A DNA stretch of 38,203 nucleotides, from NCBI GenBank assembly GCA_035344095.1, contig DAORAG010000001.1, forward strand, positions 1 through 38,203. Direction: 5' to 3'. The position numbers and the translations under genes were made by a program. Positions 27,718 to 35,820 of the stretch are shown here, in pieces; position 1 is the first letter of the stretch; each line of letters opens with the position of its first letter. A model generated the notes under the pieces. That model saw only the letters and a program-made list of their open reading frames with translations. It searched no databases and was not told where the DNA came from. The DNA comes from Cyclobacteriaceae bacterium (GTDB taxonomy: Bacteria; Bacteroidota; Bacteroidia; Cytophagales; Cyclobacteriaceae).

Positions 27718-27759
27718 ACCAAATTTTTTTTCCCCCGCTCTGCGAGGGTGGGTTTAACA

Positions 27760-28563
27760 TTATTTTAAGTCCTTCAGATACGAATCTGCTGCTGCTTGTA
27801 CCGCAGGATCCGAATCCAATTTTTTTACAAGTTCAAACTGCTCCCGGGCTTTTTCTTTGTCCTTGGTGTTCATGTAAGCAACACCCAACAGAAGATGGCC
27901 CTGAATATGATTGGGGTAGAAGGAGATCAACTCTTCCAGCCTTTCCCTGGCTCGGTCATATTGCCCCGATTGAATGGACAGCATGCCCATGTTGAACAAA
28001 GCCTGTTCATTCTTTGGGTCTGTTTCCAAAACCTCCCTAAGCATTGTAATCCCCTGCATTGGGTTTTGTGAACTCAGGTAAGTCATTGCGATCTTGGTTT
28101 TTACACCGAGGTCGTCAGGATCAATGGCCAATACCTTTCCAAGGTACTCCCTTGTTTTTTCCGCCATTTCATTTTGCTTTTTTGCGTCCAGCGCAAATGT
28201 GTAAGCATCATAGTAGCTGTTTCCAGCTTTTAAATGGCTTTCCCTTGTGTTAAAGAACGCTGTGGCTTTCTCCGCAAACCACGCTGCGCTGTCAAATTGG
28301 TTGGCCTGGCTATACAGGCTCGCCAAAGAGTCGGCAAAGATAGCACTTTTTTCATTCTCCGATACGGCTAAGTATTGGGCTTTCAGGGAATTAATGGATT
28401 GCCTTAAAGTAGCAGGTATAGTCGAGTGAGGGTCTTCCTGAGCTGTCTGCGTTTCGCTGGAATTCATCAGATCTTCGTTCTCTACCACCGACTTTGGCAA
28501 CAGAAATATCAGCCACACCAACAGTGCGGTTACTGCGATTAAAATGATACGGGTTCTTAGCAT
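27760..28563 (-). CDS. Membrane-anchored tetratricopeptide-repeat protein
   Basis: N-terminal TM helix; TPRs ALFNMGMLSIQSGQYDRA and GHLLLGVAY...KEKAREQF. Confidence 0.88.
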   Translation of the reverse strand: MLRTRIILIAVTALLVWLIFLLPKSVVENEDLMNSSETQTAQEDPHSTIPATLRQSINSLKAQYLAVSENEKSAIFADSLASLYSQANQFDSAAWFAEKATAFFNTRESHLKAGNSYYDAYTFALDAKKQNEMAEKTREYLGKVLAIDPDDLGVKTKIAMTYLSSQNPMQGITMLREVLETDPKNEQALFNMGMLSIQSGQYDRARERLEELISFYPNHIQGHLLLGVAYMNTKDKEKAREQFELVKKLDSDPAVQAAADSYLKDLK

Positions 28564-28632
28564 AGGGTCACGGGCTGGAGAGAGTTAACATGCCATGATG
28601 AAAGCCGGTGACTAGAGACCTTTGATCGAAAA

Positions 28633-28938
28633 CTATTTTTCAGCAACCTGCTTTACCTTATCGCTGTTCTTGATTTTGTTCACAAAAATCTTGGCAGGCT
28701 TGAAGCTTGGGATATAATGCTCATCAATAATTATTGCCGTGTTACGGGAAATATTGCGCGCGATCTTCTTCTTCCGCTTCTTGTTTACAAAACTTCCAAA
28801 CCCACGGATGTAGATGTTCTGTCCGCCAGCCATAGAGGTCTTCACTATGTTAAAGAACGCTTCTATGGAATGAGATACATCGGCTTTATCGATTCCGGTT
28901 TTCTCTGCTATTTGTGCGATTACGTCTGCTTTGGTCAC
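28633..28938 (-). CDS. HU/IHF-family DNA-binding protein
   Basis: MTKADVI, IRGFGSF, ARNISRN and PSFKP motifs. Confidence 0.95.
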   Translation of the reverse strand: MTKADVIAQIAEKTGIDKADVSHSIEAFFNIVKTSMAGGQNIYIRGFGSFVNKKRKKKIARNISRNTAIIIDEHYIPSFKPAKIFVNKIKNSDKVKQVAEK

Positions 28939-28974
28939 GTGGGTATCAGTTTGAATTCCAAATTTTCAGGACGG

Positions 28975-29004
28975 CAAATTTAATCCAGAAAGATCAATCG
29001 CAAA
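28975..29004 (-). promoter_or_regulatory. Consensus Bacteroidota promoter for the hup-TPR-bS22-rng operon
   Basis: TTTG (29004-29001), N18, TAAATTTG (28982-28975). Confidence 0.75.
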
Positions 29005-29115
29005 ATGAAATCTTTGATAATCACTTAGATGTGAATTAAAAAGCGACCATCTTTCGGATCAATCGATTTCGAAAAGTGCTCAAAATGCAGAACGGCAAAG
29101 GATTGAACGCAGTGA

Positions 29116-30177
29116 ATGAACGGGAGAGATTTTTCTAAAAAAATAATATCATGGTACCTGGAGCATAAGCGGAACTTGCCCTGGCGAAGCTCTTCTGACC
29201 CTTATTTCATCTGGTTGTCTGAAGTCATTTTACAGCAAACCAGAGTAGCACAAGGTCTACCCTATTTTGAGAGATTTGTTAGGGACTTCCCTAACGTTCG
29301 TGCCCTGGCCAATGCCCCTCTAGAAAAAATCCTTCGTGTCTGGCAGGGTCTTGGCTACTATAGTCGGGCACGTAACCTCCACCGATGTGCGCAGGTAATC
29401 AGAGATGAACACGGAGGACAGTTTCCGCGAACTTATTCTCAATTGCTGTCACTACCCGGTATCGGCAGCTACACAGCCGCGGCCATCTCTTCAATTGCCT
29501 TTGGGGAAGCTCATGCAGTGGTTGACGGAAACGTGTTCAGGGTAATAGCCCGCATCTTTGGTTTTGATCATGACATCTCTACTGCCGAGGGAAAGAAGAA
29601 GTTTGAAGAAAGAGCCAACCAACTCCTCGATCGCACACAACCAGGTGTCTTTAACCAGGCGGTAATGGAATTTGGGGCATTGCACTGCACGCCCAAGTCA
29701 CCGGCATGTAGTTCTTGCATTTTTGCTAGTGGATGCTTTGCCAGAAAGCATGAAGCGCAGATGCTCTTGCCCGTAAAAAGTAAAAAGGTGAAAATCAGGG
29801 CCAGGCATTTTCAATACTTTGCATTTAAAGTGGGTAGTAAGCTGGCGCTTAAACAAAGGACAGCCAAAGACATTTGGCACGGGTTGTATGACTTTCTGCT
29901 CATCGAGGGGAAGGAAGGTGCACCTACTGATATTCGCGCATTTTCAATGCTGAAATCAAAGGGAGCTGAAATAGGGAAAAAGTTAACATTGAAACATCAA
30001 CTTACGCATCAGTCGATTAAGGCTGAATTCACGTTACTGGATTTGCCGAATACCAGAGCTGTGGAAGCCTCCCTTAAAGCCTTGGGGCTAAAGCTGTACA
30101 GCTCCCGGCAACTGGCCAATCTGCCCAAACCCGTCCTAATCTCTCGTTTTCTTGCTGATAGTGGCATTTTAGACTAG
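29116..30177 (+). CDS. mutY: A/G-specific adenine glycosylase
   Basis: WLSEVILQQT, GLGYYSRARNL, HhH LPGIGSYTA, VDGNV and Fe-S motif CTPKSPACSSC...C. Confidence 0.97.
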   Translation: MNGRDFSKKIISWYLEHKRNLPWRSSSDPYFIWLSEVILQQTRVAQGLPYFERFVRDFPNVRALANAPLEKILRVWQGLGYYSRARNLHRCAQVIRDEHGGQFPRTYSQLLSLPGIGSYTAAAISSIAFGEAHAVVDGNVFRVIARIFGFDHDISTAEGKKKFEERANQLLDRTQPGVFNQAVMEFGALHCTPKSPACSSCIFASGCFARKHEAQMLLPVKSKKVKIRARHFQYFAFKVGSKLALKQRTAKDIWHGLYDFLLIEGKEGAPTDIRAFSMLKSKGAEIGKKLTLKHQLTHQSIKAEFTLLDLPNTRAVEASLKALGLKLYSSRQLANLPKPVLISRFLADSGILD

Positions 30178-30190
30178 CCGTAGAAATTGG

Positions 30191-30198
30191 TACTTTTG
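30191..30198 (+). promoter_or_regulatory. -7 promoter element for ssb
   Basis: TACTTTTG matches TAnnTTTG. Confidence 0.65.
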
Positions 30199-30202
30199 TG
30201 TT

Positions 30203-30265
30203 CTTACCGTGGGAAATGACCCCATAAGGGTCTCCGGGTTATCCTCTGAGGAGGAGCAGCGTAAG
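30203..30265 (+). ncRNA. Candidate structured 5' leader of ssb (three-way junction)
   Basis: Stems CTTAC/GTAAG, GACCC/GGGTC and TCCTC/GAGGA, beginning at the predicted transcription start. Confidence 0.45.
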
Positions 30266-30283
30266 TGAATTAATTCAAAAAGT

Positions 30284-30718
30284 ATGTCTGGAGTAAATAA
30301 AGTGATTTTGGTAGGCCGGTTGGGCAAGGACCCCGAAGTTCGTCATCTTGAAAATGGAGCCACTGTGGCCAACTTTACCATGGCCACCTCTGAAACTTAT
30401 AAAGACAGAACTACGGGCGAAAAAAAGGAAATAACAGAGTGGCACAACATTGTTTTGTGGAGAGGCCTTGCTGATGTTGCGGCCAAATACCTTCACAAGG
30501 GAGACATGGTGTACATAGAAGGTAAATTACGTACGCGCTCCTGGGAGAAGGAGGGCGTCACCCGATATACAACAGAAGTCATTGGCGACAACATGACGAT
30601 GTTGAGCACCAAACCGTCAGGTGGAGGATCGCCAGAATATTCTCCCTCAGCCGCACCAAGCTCGCAGGGTGGCGCGGACTACAAACCGTCAGACTCTTCG
30701 GACGACCTGCCTTTTTGA
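30284..30718 (+). CDS. ssb: Single-stranded DNA-binding protein
   Basis: [22 protein letters not shown] and EGKLRTRSW motifs, with a DDLPF tail. Confidence 0.98.
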   Translation: MSGVNKVILVGRLGKDPEVRHLENGATVANFTMATSETYKDRTTGEKKEITEWHNIVLWRGLADVAAKYLHKGDMVYIEGKLRTRSWEKEGVTRYTTEVIGDNMTMLSTKPSGGGSPEYSPSAAPSSQGGADYKPSDSSDDLPF

Positions 30719-30739
30719 TGTTGGACTCAACACCGAATT

Positions 30740-32089
30740 TTGGAAACTTCCAGTTTAGACGAACCTCCGAGTAGCACCCTTCTGGCTGATCTGCTTTCCG
30801 GCACCCCTGACTATTTCTTAATAGCCAGTTTCATTGCCATTGCCCTCCTGTTGCTCTCTTCGGCCCTGATCTCCGCATCTGAGGTAGCCTTTTTCTCACT
30901 CAGCGCAGATGACTTGGATCGCTGCCGCGAATCAGAAGACAAAAAAGACAAGAACATCGTAGAGCTGTTGCGCAACCCGCAGTTGTTGCTGGCAACTATT
31001 CTTATCATGAACAACTTTGTGAATGTGGCCATTGTCACTTTATCAACGTTCATGATGTGGGAGCTGGCTTCATCCCGAAATCCCACCGAGATCATCGTGG
31101 GGTTGGTAACATTTAGCGTCACGTTTGCCATTACTTTCTTTGGCGAAATCATTCCCAAGGTATATGCTACCCAGCGCAATCTTTTTTACTCGCGATTGAT
31201 GGGAGGTGTTTGGCACGTGCTGGAAAAAGTTTGCAGCCCTGTTTCATGGATGTTGCTGAAAATGGGGAATGTGGTGGAAAAACGATTTAAGAAGAAAGGA
31301 TACTCTACAACGGTAGAAGAGCTGAATCAGGCTTTGGATCTCACCACCGAGAATGATGAAACCACCGCTGAGGAAAAAGACATTCTGAAGGGGATTGTGA
31401 ACTTCGGTACACTTACCGTCAAGCAGATCATGAAATCCAGAATGGACATTTCAGCTGTAGATTTCGATATCAGTTTTAACCAGTTAATGGAGCAGGTGAA
31501 CTCTTCCGGATTTTCAAGAGTGCCTGTCTACAAGGAATCGTTGGATAAGATCGAGGGCGTGCTGTACATAAAAGACTTGCTGCCTTTTTTGGATGAAGAT
31601 GAAAACTTTAAATGGCAGAAGTTGATCCGACCGGGATTTTTTGTGCCAGAAACAAAAAAGCTCGACTCGTTGCTGAAAGACTTTCAAAATAAAAGGGTGC
31701 ACATGGCTGTGGTGGTGGATGAATATGGCGGCACTTCGGGATTGATTACGCTTGAAGATTTGATCGAAGAGATCATCGGTGACATCAATGACGAGTTTGA
31801 TGAGGAGAACGTAGCCTTTGTCAAAATTGACGACAACACATTTGTATTTGAAGGCAAAACTTCACTGCACGATTTCTGCAAGGCAATTGACGTGGACTCA
31901 AGTACGTTTGATGCTGTGAAAGGCGAAAGTGAATCGCTTGGAGGATTGATTTTGGAGTTGAACAGTGCTATGCCAAAAGTAGCGGACCAGATTGTTCACG
32001 ACCGATTTGTTTTTACGGTAGTTTCCGTAGATAAAAAGCGAATCAAAAGAGTTCGTGTGTTGATTAATCAGCCGCCCAATCAACGATGA
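30740..32089 (+). CDS. gldE: Gliding motility-associated CorC/HlyC-family protein
   Basis: DUF21 (SASEVAFFSL, FGEIIPK), CBS pair (VVDEYGGTSG) and CorC C-terminus; sits between ssb and gldD. Confidence 0.92.
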   Translation: METSSLDEPPSSTLLADLLSGTPDYFLIASFIAIALLLLSSALISASEVAFFSLSADDLDRCRESEDKKDKNIVELLRNPQLLLATILIMNNFVNVAIVTLSTFMMWELASSRNPTEIIVGLVTFSVTFAITFFGEIIPKVYATQRNLFYSRLMGGVWHVLEKVCSPVSWMLLKMGNVVEKRFKKKGYSTTVEELNQALDLTTENDETTAEEKDILKGIVNFGTLTVKQIMKSRMDISAVDFDISFNQLMEQVNSSGFSRVPVYKESLDKIEGVLYIKDLLPFLDEDENFKWQKLIRPGFFVPETKKLDSLLKDFQNKRVHMAVVVDEYGGTSGLITLEDLIEEIIGDINDEFDEENVAFVKIDDNTFVFEGKTSLHDFCKAIDVDSSTFDAVKGESESLGGLILELNSAMPKVADQIVHDRFVFTVVSVDKKRIKRVRVLINQPPNQR

Positions 32090-32664
32090 GATACCTGGGA
32101 TTGTGTGCCATGCTGTTCCTGTTGGCAAGTGCTTGCCAAACGGATTACCAACCAAAACCAAAAGGCTACAACCGACTGGTGCTGCCTGAACCTGCATACC
32201 AGTCGCTGCCGGATTCGTTGCCCTATGCCTTCGAGTATTCCACGCATGCCATACTGCTGAAGGATACTTCCTGGGTGAGAGAAAGGCACTGGGTCGAGAT
32301 TTCCTATCCCGAGCTGAAGGCGACAATTCACATCACCTTTAAGCGACTGCAACACAGCGAGGAGTTGCTAAAAGAATATCTCAATGATGCCTACACGCTC
32401 ACAGCGAAACATCAGATTAAAGCTTATGCTATTGATGAAAGCATCACCCGAACACCGAGCGGAAAGACAGCGGTAATCGCTGAGATTGAAGGTGAAGTGC
32501 CTAGCCAGTTTCAGTTTACGATGACTGATTCTGTCAATAATTTTTTGCGGGGAGCTTTGTACTTCAATGTCAAGGTTCAGAATGATTCGTTGCAACCTGC
32601 CATCGAATATGTCAAAAAAGACATTGTGCAATTGATCAACACGCTTGAGTGGAAGCGGGATTGA
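32086..32664 (+). CDS. gldD: Gliding motility lipoprotein
   Basis: Lipobox LASA-C; PKPKGYNRL, KHQIKA, QFTMTDS..NFLRGALYF and NDSL motifs. Confidence 0.93.
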   Translation: MRYLGLCAMLFLLASACQTDYQPKPKGYNRLVLPEPAYQSLPDSLPYAFEYSTHAILLKDTSWVRERHWVEISYPELKATIHITFKRLQHSEELLKEYLNDAYTLTAKHQIKAYAIDESITRTPSGKTAVIAEIEGEVPSQFQFTMTDSVNNFLRGALYFNVKVQNDSLQPAIEYVKKDIVQLINTLEWKRD

Positions 32665-32702
32665 GGTATAAAGTGGGTGGGAGTTTAGCTAAATTTGATT
32701 TT

Positions 32703-32876
32703 ATGCTCACCAAGGAAAAATTACTTCAAGCATTAAGTGATATGCCCGAACAGTTCTGTACTGAAGAGTTGTTCGAACGGGTAATACTTCTGGAGAAGAT
32801 TGAAAACGGTATTCTCCAAAGCCAAAACAATCAAGTTTACTCTAAAGCAGAGGTAAAAAAATTACTTAAGAAGTAA
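32703..32876 (+). CDS. Small antitoxin-like protein (57 aa) with no adjacent toxin
   Basis: MLTKEKLLQALSDMPEQF...LLEKIENG...VYS..EVKK resembles short antitoxins usually found before RelE/ParE toxins. It has its own TAAATTTG at 32690-32697. Confidence 0.65.
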   Translation: MLTKEKLLQALSDMPEQFCTEELFERVILLEKIENGILQSQNNQVYSKAEVKKLLKK

Positions 32877-32901
32877 ACTGCTAAAAGGCACTTTTTGAAT
32901 T

Positions 32902-34995
32902 GTGGCCAATTACTTCGACACATCCATTGAGTTTTTAAAGGGCGTTGGTCCGCAGCGGGCAGCGTTGCTTCAGAAGGAACTGAAGATTCATACATTCGGA
33001 GACCTCATTCAACATTATCCCTTTCGTTACGAAGACCGCACTCGCTTTTATTCCATTAAGGAAGTAAACGAGACGATGCCTCATGTTCAAATCAAAGGCA
33101 AGATCCTGCGATTTGAAATGATGGGAGGAGGAAGAAAGAAAAGACTGGTCGCTTACTTCGAAGATGAGACAGGTGAACTTGAGCTCGTGTGGTTCCAGGG
33201 AATCAACTGGACACTGGATAAAATAAAACCGGGCATTGAATACGTTGTGTTTGGAAAACCTAACCGCTATGGACGAACGATTTCCATTGCGCATCCGGAA
33301 ATAGAACCCGTTACCAACACGAGCGAAAAGAAAGGTTTTCTTCAACCTGTATATCCGCTTAGCGAAAAGCTCAGAAATAAATATCTCGACAATAGGTTTT
33401 TAATTAAGATTGAAAAGGATCTGTTGGCGGTGGCGCTCCCACACGTTCGTGAAACGCTGCCCGACTATTTGAGACAGAAACTCAAGCTGATTCCAAAAGC
33501 GGAGGCCCTACAACACATCCATTTTCCGCAGTCGCATGAGTGGCTCACTCAAGCCCAAAACCGATTGAAGTTTGAAGAGCTTTTCTTCATCCAATTGCGA
33601 CTCATCAAGATGAAGCTGGTGCGCCAGGAAAAATTTAAAGGACTGGTTTTCAATGACGCATCGATACTCACAAAATTTTACGATGAGCACCTTCCCTTCC
33701 CGCTCACGGAAGCTCAGAAACGAGTTATTCGTGAGATTTATCACGATATGAAATCGGGGAAGCAAATGAACAGGCTGCTGCAAGGCGATGTAGGCAGCGG
33801 CAAGACGATCGTGGCGTTCATCTGTATGCTATTGGTCATTGGCAGCGATGCACAGGCCGCATTGATGGCGCCAACAGAGATTCTCGCGCAGCAGCATTAC
33901 AACAACTTGAAGAAGTACGCGGATATGATGGATATCTCAATTTCACTATTGACAGGATCCACAAAAAAGAAAGCGAGAACTGAACTGCATTATCGCCTGC
34001 AGACAGGTGAGTTGAAAATATTAATCGGAACACATGCGCTGATAGAAGACGAAGTCAAGTTTAATCGATTGGGCTTGGCTGTTATAGATGAACAGCATCG
34101 CTTTGGTGTAGCGCAGCGTTCGAAGCTCTGGCAAAAAAACAAAGAGGCCTATCCCCATGTGCTGGTGATGACCGCCACACCCATTCCCCGTACGTTGGCT
34201 ATGACGCTCTATGGGGATCTGGAGATTTCAGTGATTGACGAATTGCCGAAAGGCAGAAAGCCGATCAAGACTACACATCAATACGATTCGCACAGACTAC
34301 AGATCAACGAATTCATAAGGCAACAAATAAAATCGGGTCGGCAGATTTACATCGTGTACCCACTAATTGAAGAATCAGAGAAGCTGGATCTGAAACATTT
34401 GATGGATGGATACGAGAGTATAACCAGGGCTTTTCCGGATGTGCCGGTGAGCATTCTTCATGGTAAAATGAAACCCGAAGCGAAGGACTTTGAAATGGAT
34501 CGCTTTGTGCGCGGAGAAACGAAAATCATGGTGGCAACCACGGTGATCGAAGTGGGTGTGGATGTGCCCAATGCTTCGGTAATGATCATTGAAAGCGCGG
34601 AGCGATTTGGGTTGTCACAGTTGCACCAGTTGCGTGGTCGCGTAGGGAGAGGCGCAGAGCAATCGTATTGCATTCTGGTGACGGATTACAAGCTGAGTGC
34701 GGAGTCAAAAATCAGGCTCGGCACGATGGTGAAGACCAACAACGGGTTTGAGATTGCAGAAACCGATCTGAAGCTGCGTGGCCCCGGAGATCTGATGGGC
34801 ACGCAGCAGAGCGGAGCACTTGATTTGTTGATTGCAGACCTGGGCAAAGATGCTGCCGTCTTGAAAGTAGCCAGGGAGACTGCGATTCGCATTCTGGAGA
34901 ACGATCCCGACCTCGTCAAGCCCGAGCACAAGGTGGTAAAACAACAGATTGAATCACTCAAGAAGACGGCCGTAAACTGGAGCCGCATCAGCTGA
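32902..34995 (+). CDS. recG: ATP-dependent DNA helicase RecG
   Basis: QGDVGSGKT, DEQHRFG, MTATPIPRT, QLRGRVGRG and DLKLRGPG motifs. Confidence 0.98.
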   Translation: MANYFDTSIEFLKGVGPQRAALLQKELKIHTFGDLIQHYPFRYEDRTRFYSIKEVNETMPHVQIKGKILRFEMMGGGRKKRLVAYFEDETGELELVWFQGINWTLDKIKPGIEYVVFGKPNRYGRTISIAHPEIEPVTNTSEKKGFLQPVYPLSEKLRNKYLDNRFLIKIEKDLLAVALPHVRETLPDYLRQKLKLIPKAEALQHIHFPQSHEWLTQAQNRLKFEELFFIQLRLIKMKLVRQEKFKGLVFNDASILTKFYDEHLPFPLTEAQKRVIREIYHDMKSGKQMNRLLQGDVGSGKTIVAFICMLLVIGSDAQAALMAPTEILAQQHYNNLKKYADMMDISISLLTGSTKKKARTELHYRLQTGELKILIGTHALIEDEVKFNRLGLAVIDEQHRFGVAQRSKLWQKNKEAYPHVLVMTATPIPRTLAMTLYGDLEISVIDELPKGRKPIKTTHQYDSHRLQINEFIRQQIKSGRQIYIVYPLIEESEKLDLKHLMDGYESITRAFPDVPVSILHGKMKPEAKDFEMDRFVRGETKIMVATTVIEVGVDVPNASVMIIESAERFGLSQLHQLRGRVGRGAEQSYCILVTDYKLSAESKIRLGTMVKTNNGFEIAETDLKLRGPGDLMGTQQSGALDLLIADLGKDAAVLKVARETAIRILENDPDLVKPEHKVVKQQIESLKKTAVNWSRIS

Positions 34996-35070
34996 TTACC
35001 CAAATTGGGGTACAAGAATTCTGTTTATTTCAATAGAATTTCTTACATTGAATATCCTAACCACCTGTCT

Positions 35071-35805
35071 ATGAGGACTTTTTGCCTGATTGGCCTTTTG
35101 CTGCCAATGTCATTATTCGCACAAAATGTGCAGATAACAGACATTGAGATTGCGGGTCAGAATGTGATTGTGCATTACGATCTGGAAGATTCTAATCCCA
35201 ACAACGAATACATTTTAGACCTCTACTCCAACAGAGATAACTTTTCAACCGCACTACTAAGGGTAAAGGGGGACATTGGAAATGAGGTAAAGCCAGGGAA
35301 GGACAAGAAGGTCACCTGGAATCTGGCTGATGAGTTAGGTAACTATCAGGGGAAGGTAGCGGTGGAGTTGCGCGGAAAGGTTTTTACCCCCATCGTGAAG
35401 TTTCAGCAATTCAATGTGAACAAAAAATATCGCAGGGGAAAATCCTATCCTATCACCTGGCGTCCAGGAAACACGAATCCCATCAACATAGAATTATTCA
35501 AAGGGACACAAAGAATTGCAGGTGAGGTAAACCATCCGAATTCGGGGTCATCGTCCTTATCTATTCCGTCTGATGCGGAAAAAGGGGATGACTATCGACT
35601 TAAGATCACGGACACAAAAAGTCCGACCAGCATTGTGTACTCGCCCAACTTCACGGTTGTGCCAAAGTTGCCGATGTTGATAAAGGTAATTGTACCGCTT
35701 GCGATTGTTGGAGGGGCTGTTGTGGGCTTGAGTGGTGGAGGAGGTGAAGGAGGGCCACAACCTGATACTGAGCTTCCTTATCCAGCCTTTCCTAGTGGTA
35801 ATTGA
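35071..35805 (+). CDS. Secreted protein with two Ig-like beta domains and a C-terminal hydrophobic/Gly/Pro tail
   Basis: Signal peptide MRTFCLIG...LFAQ; second domain YPITW...INIELFKG...DYRLKI...SPNF; tail IVPLAIVGGAVVGLSGGGG...LPYPAFP. Confidence 0.8.
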   Translation: MRTFCLIGLLLPMSLFAQNVQITDIEIAGQNVIVHYDLEDSNPNNEYILDLYSNRDNFSTALLRVKGDIGNEVKPGKDKKVTWNLADELGNYQGKVAVELRGKVFTPIVKFQQFNVNKKYRRGKSYPITWRPGNTNPINIELFKGTQRIAGEVNHPNSGSSSLSIPSDAEKGDDYRLKITDTKSPTSIVYSPNFTVVPKLPMLIKVIVPLAIVGGAVVGLSGGGGEGGPQPDTELPYPAFPSGN

Positions 35806-35820
35806 TTTTTGATAATTTGT

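Noticed and set aside
27600-27995. 131-aa plus-strand ORF
   Set aside because: It is antisense to the bS22-like and TPR genes, which fully explain the sequence.
30233-30265. GGAGCAGC and CTCCGG as SRP RNA or c-di-GMP-I riboswitch signatures
   Set aside because: It lacks the SRP CAGG...GGAA-tetraloop helix and the GEMM GNRA/receptor and GCAAA elements. Kept only as an unknown structured leader.
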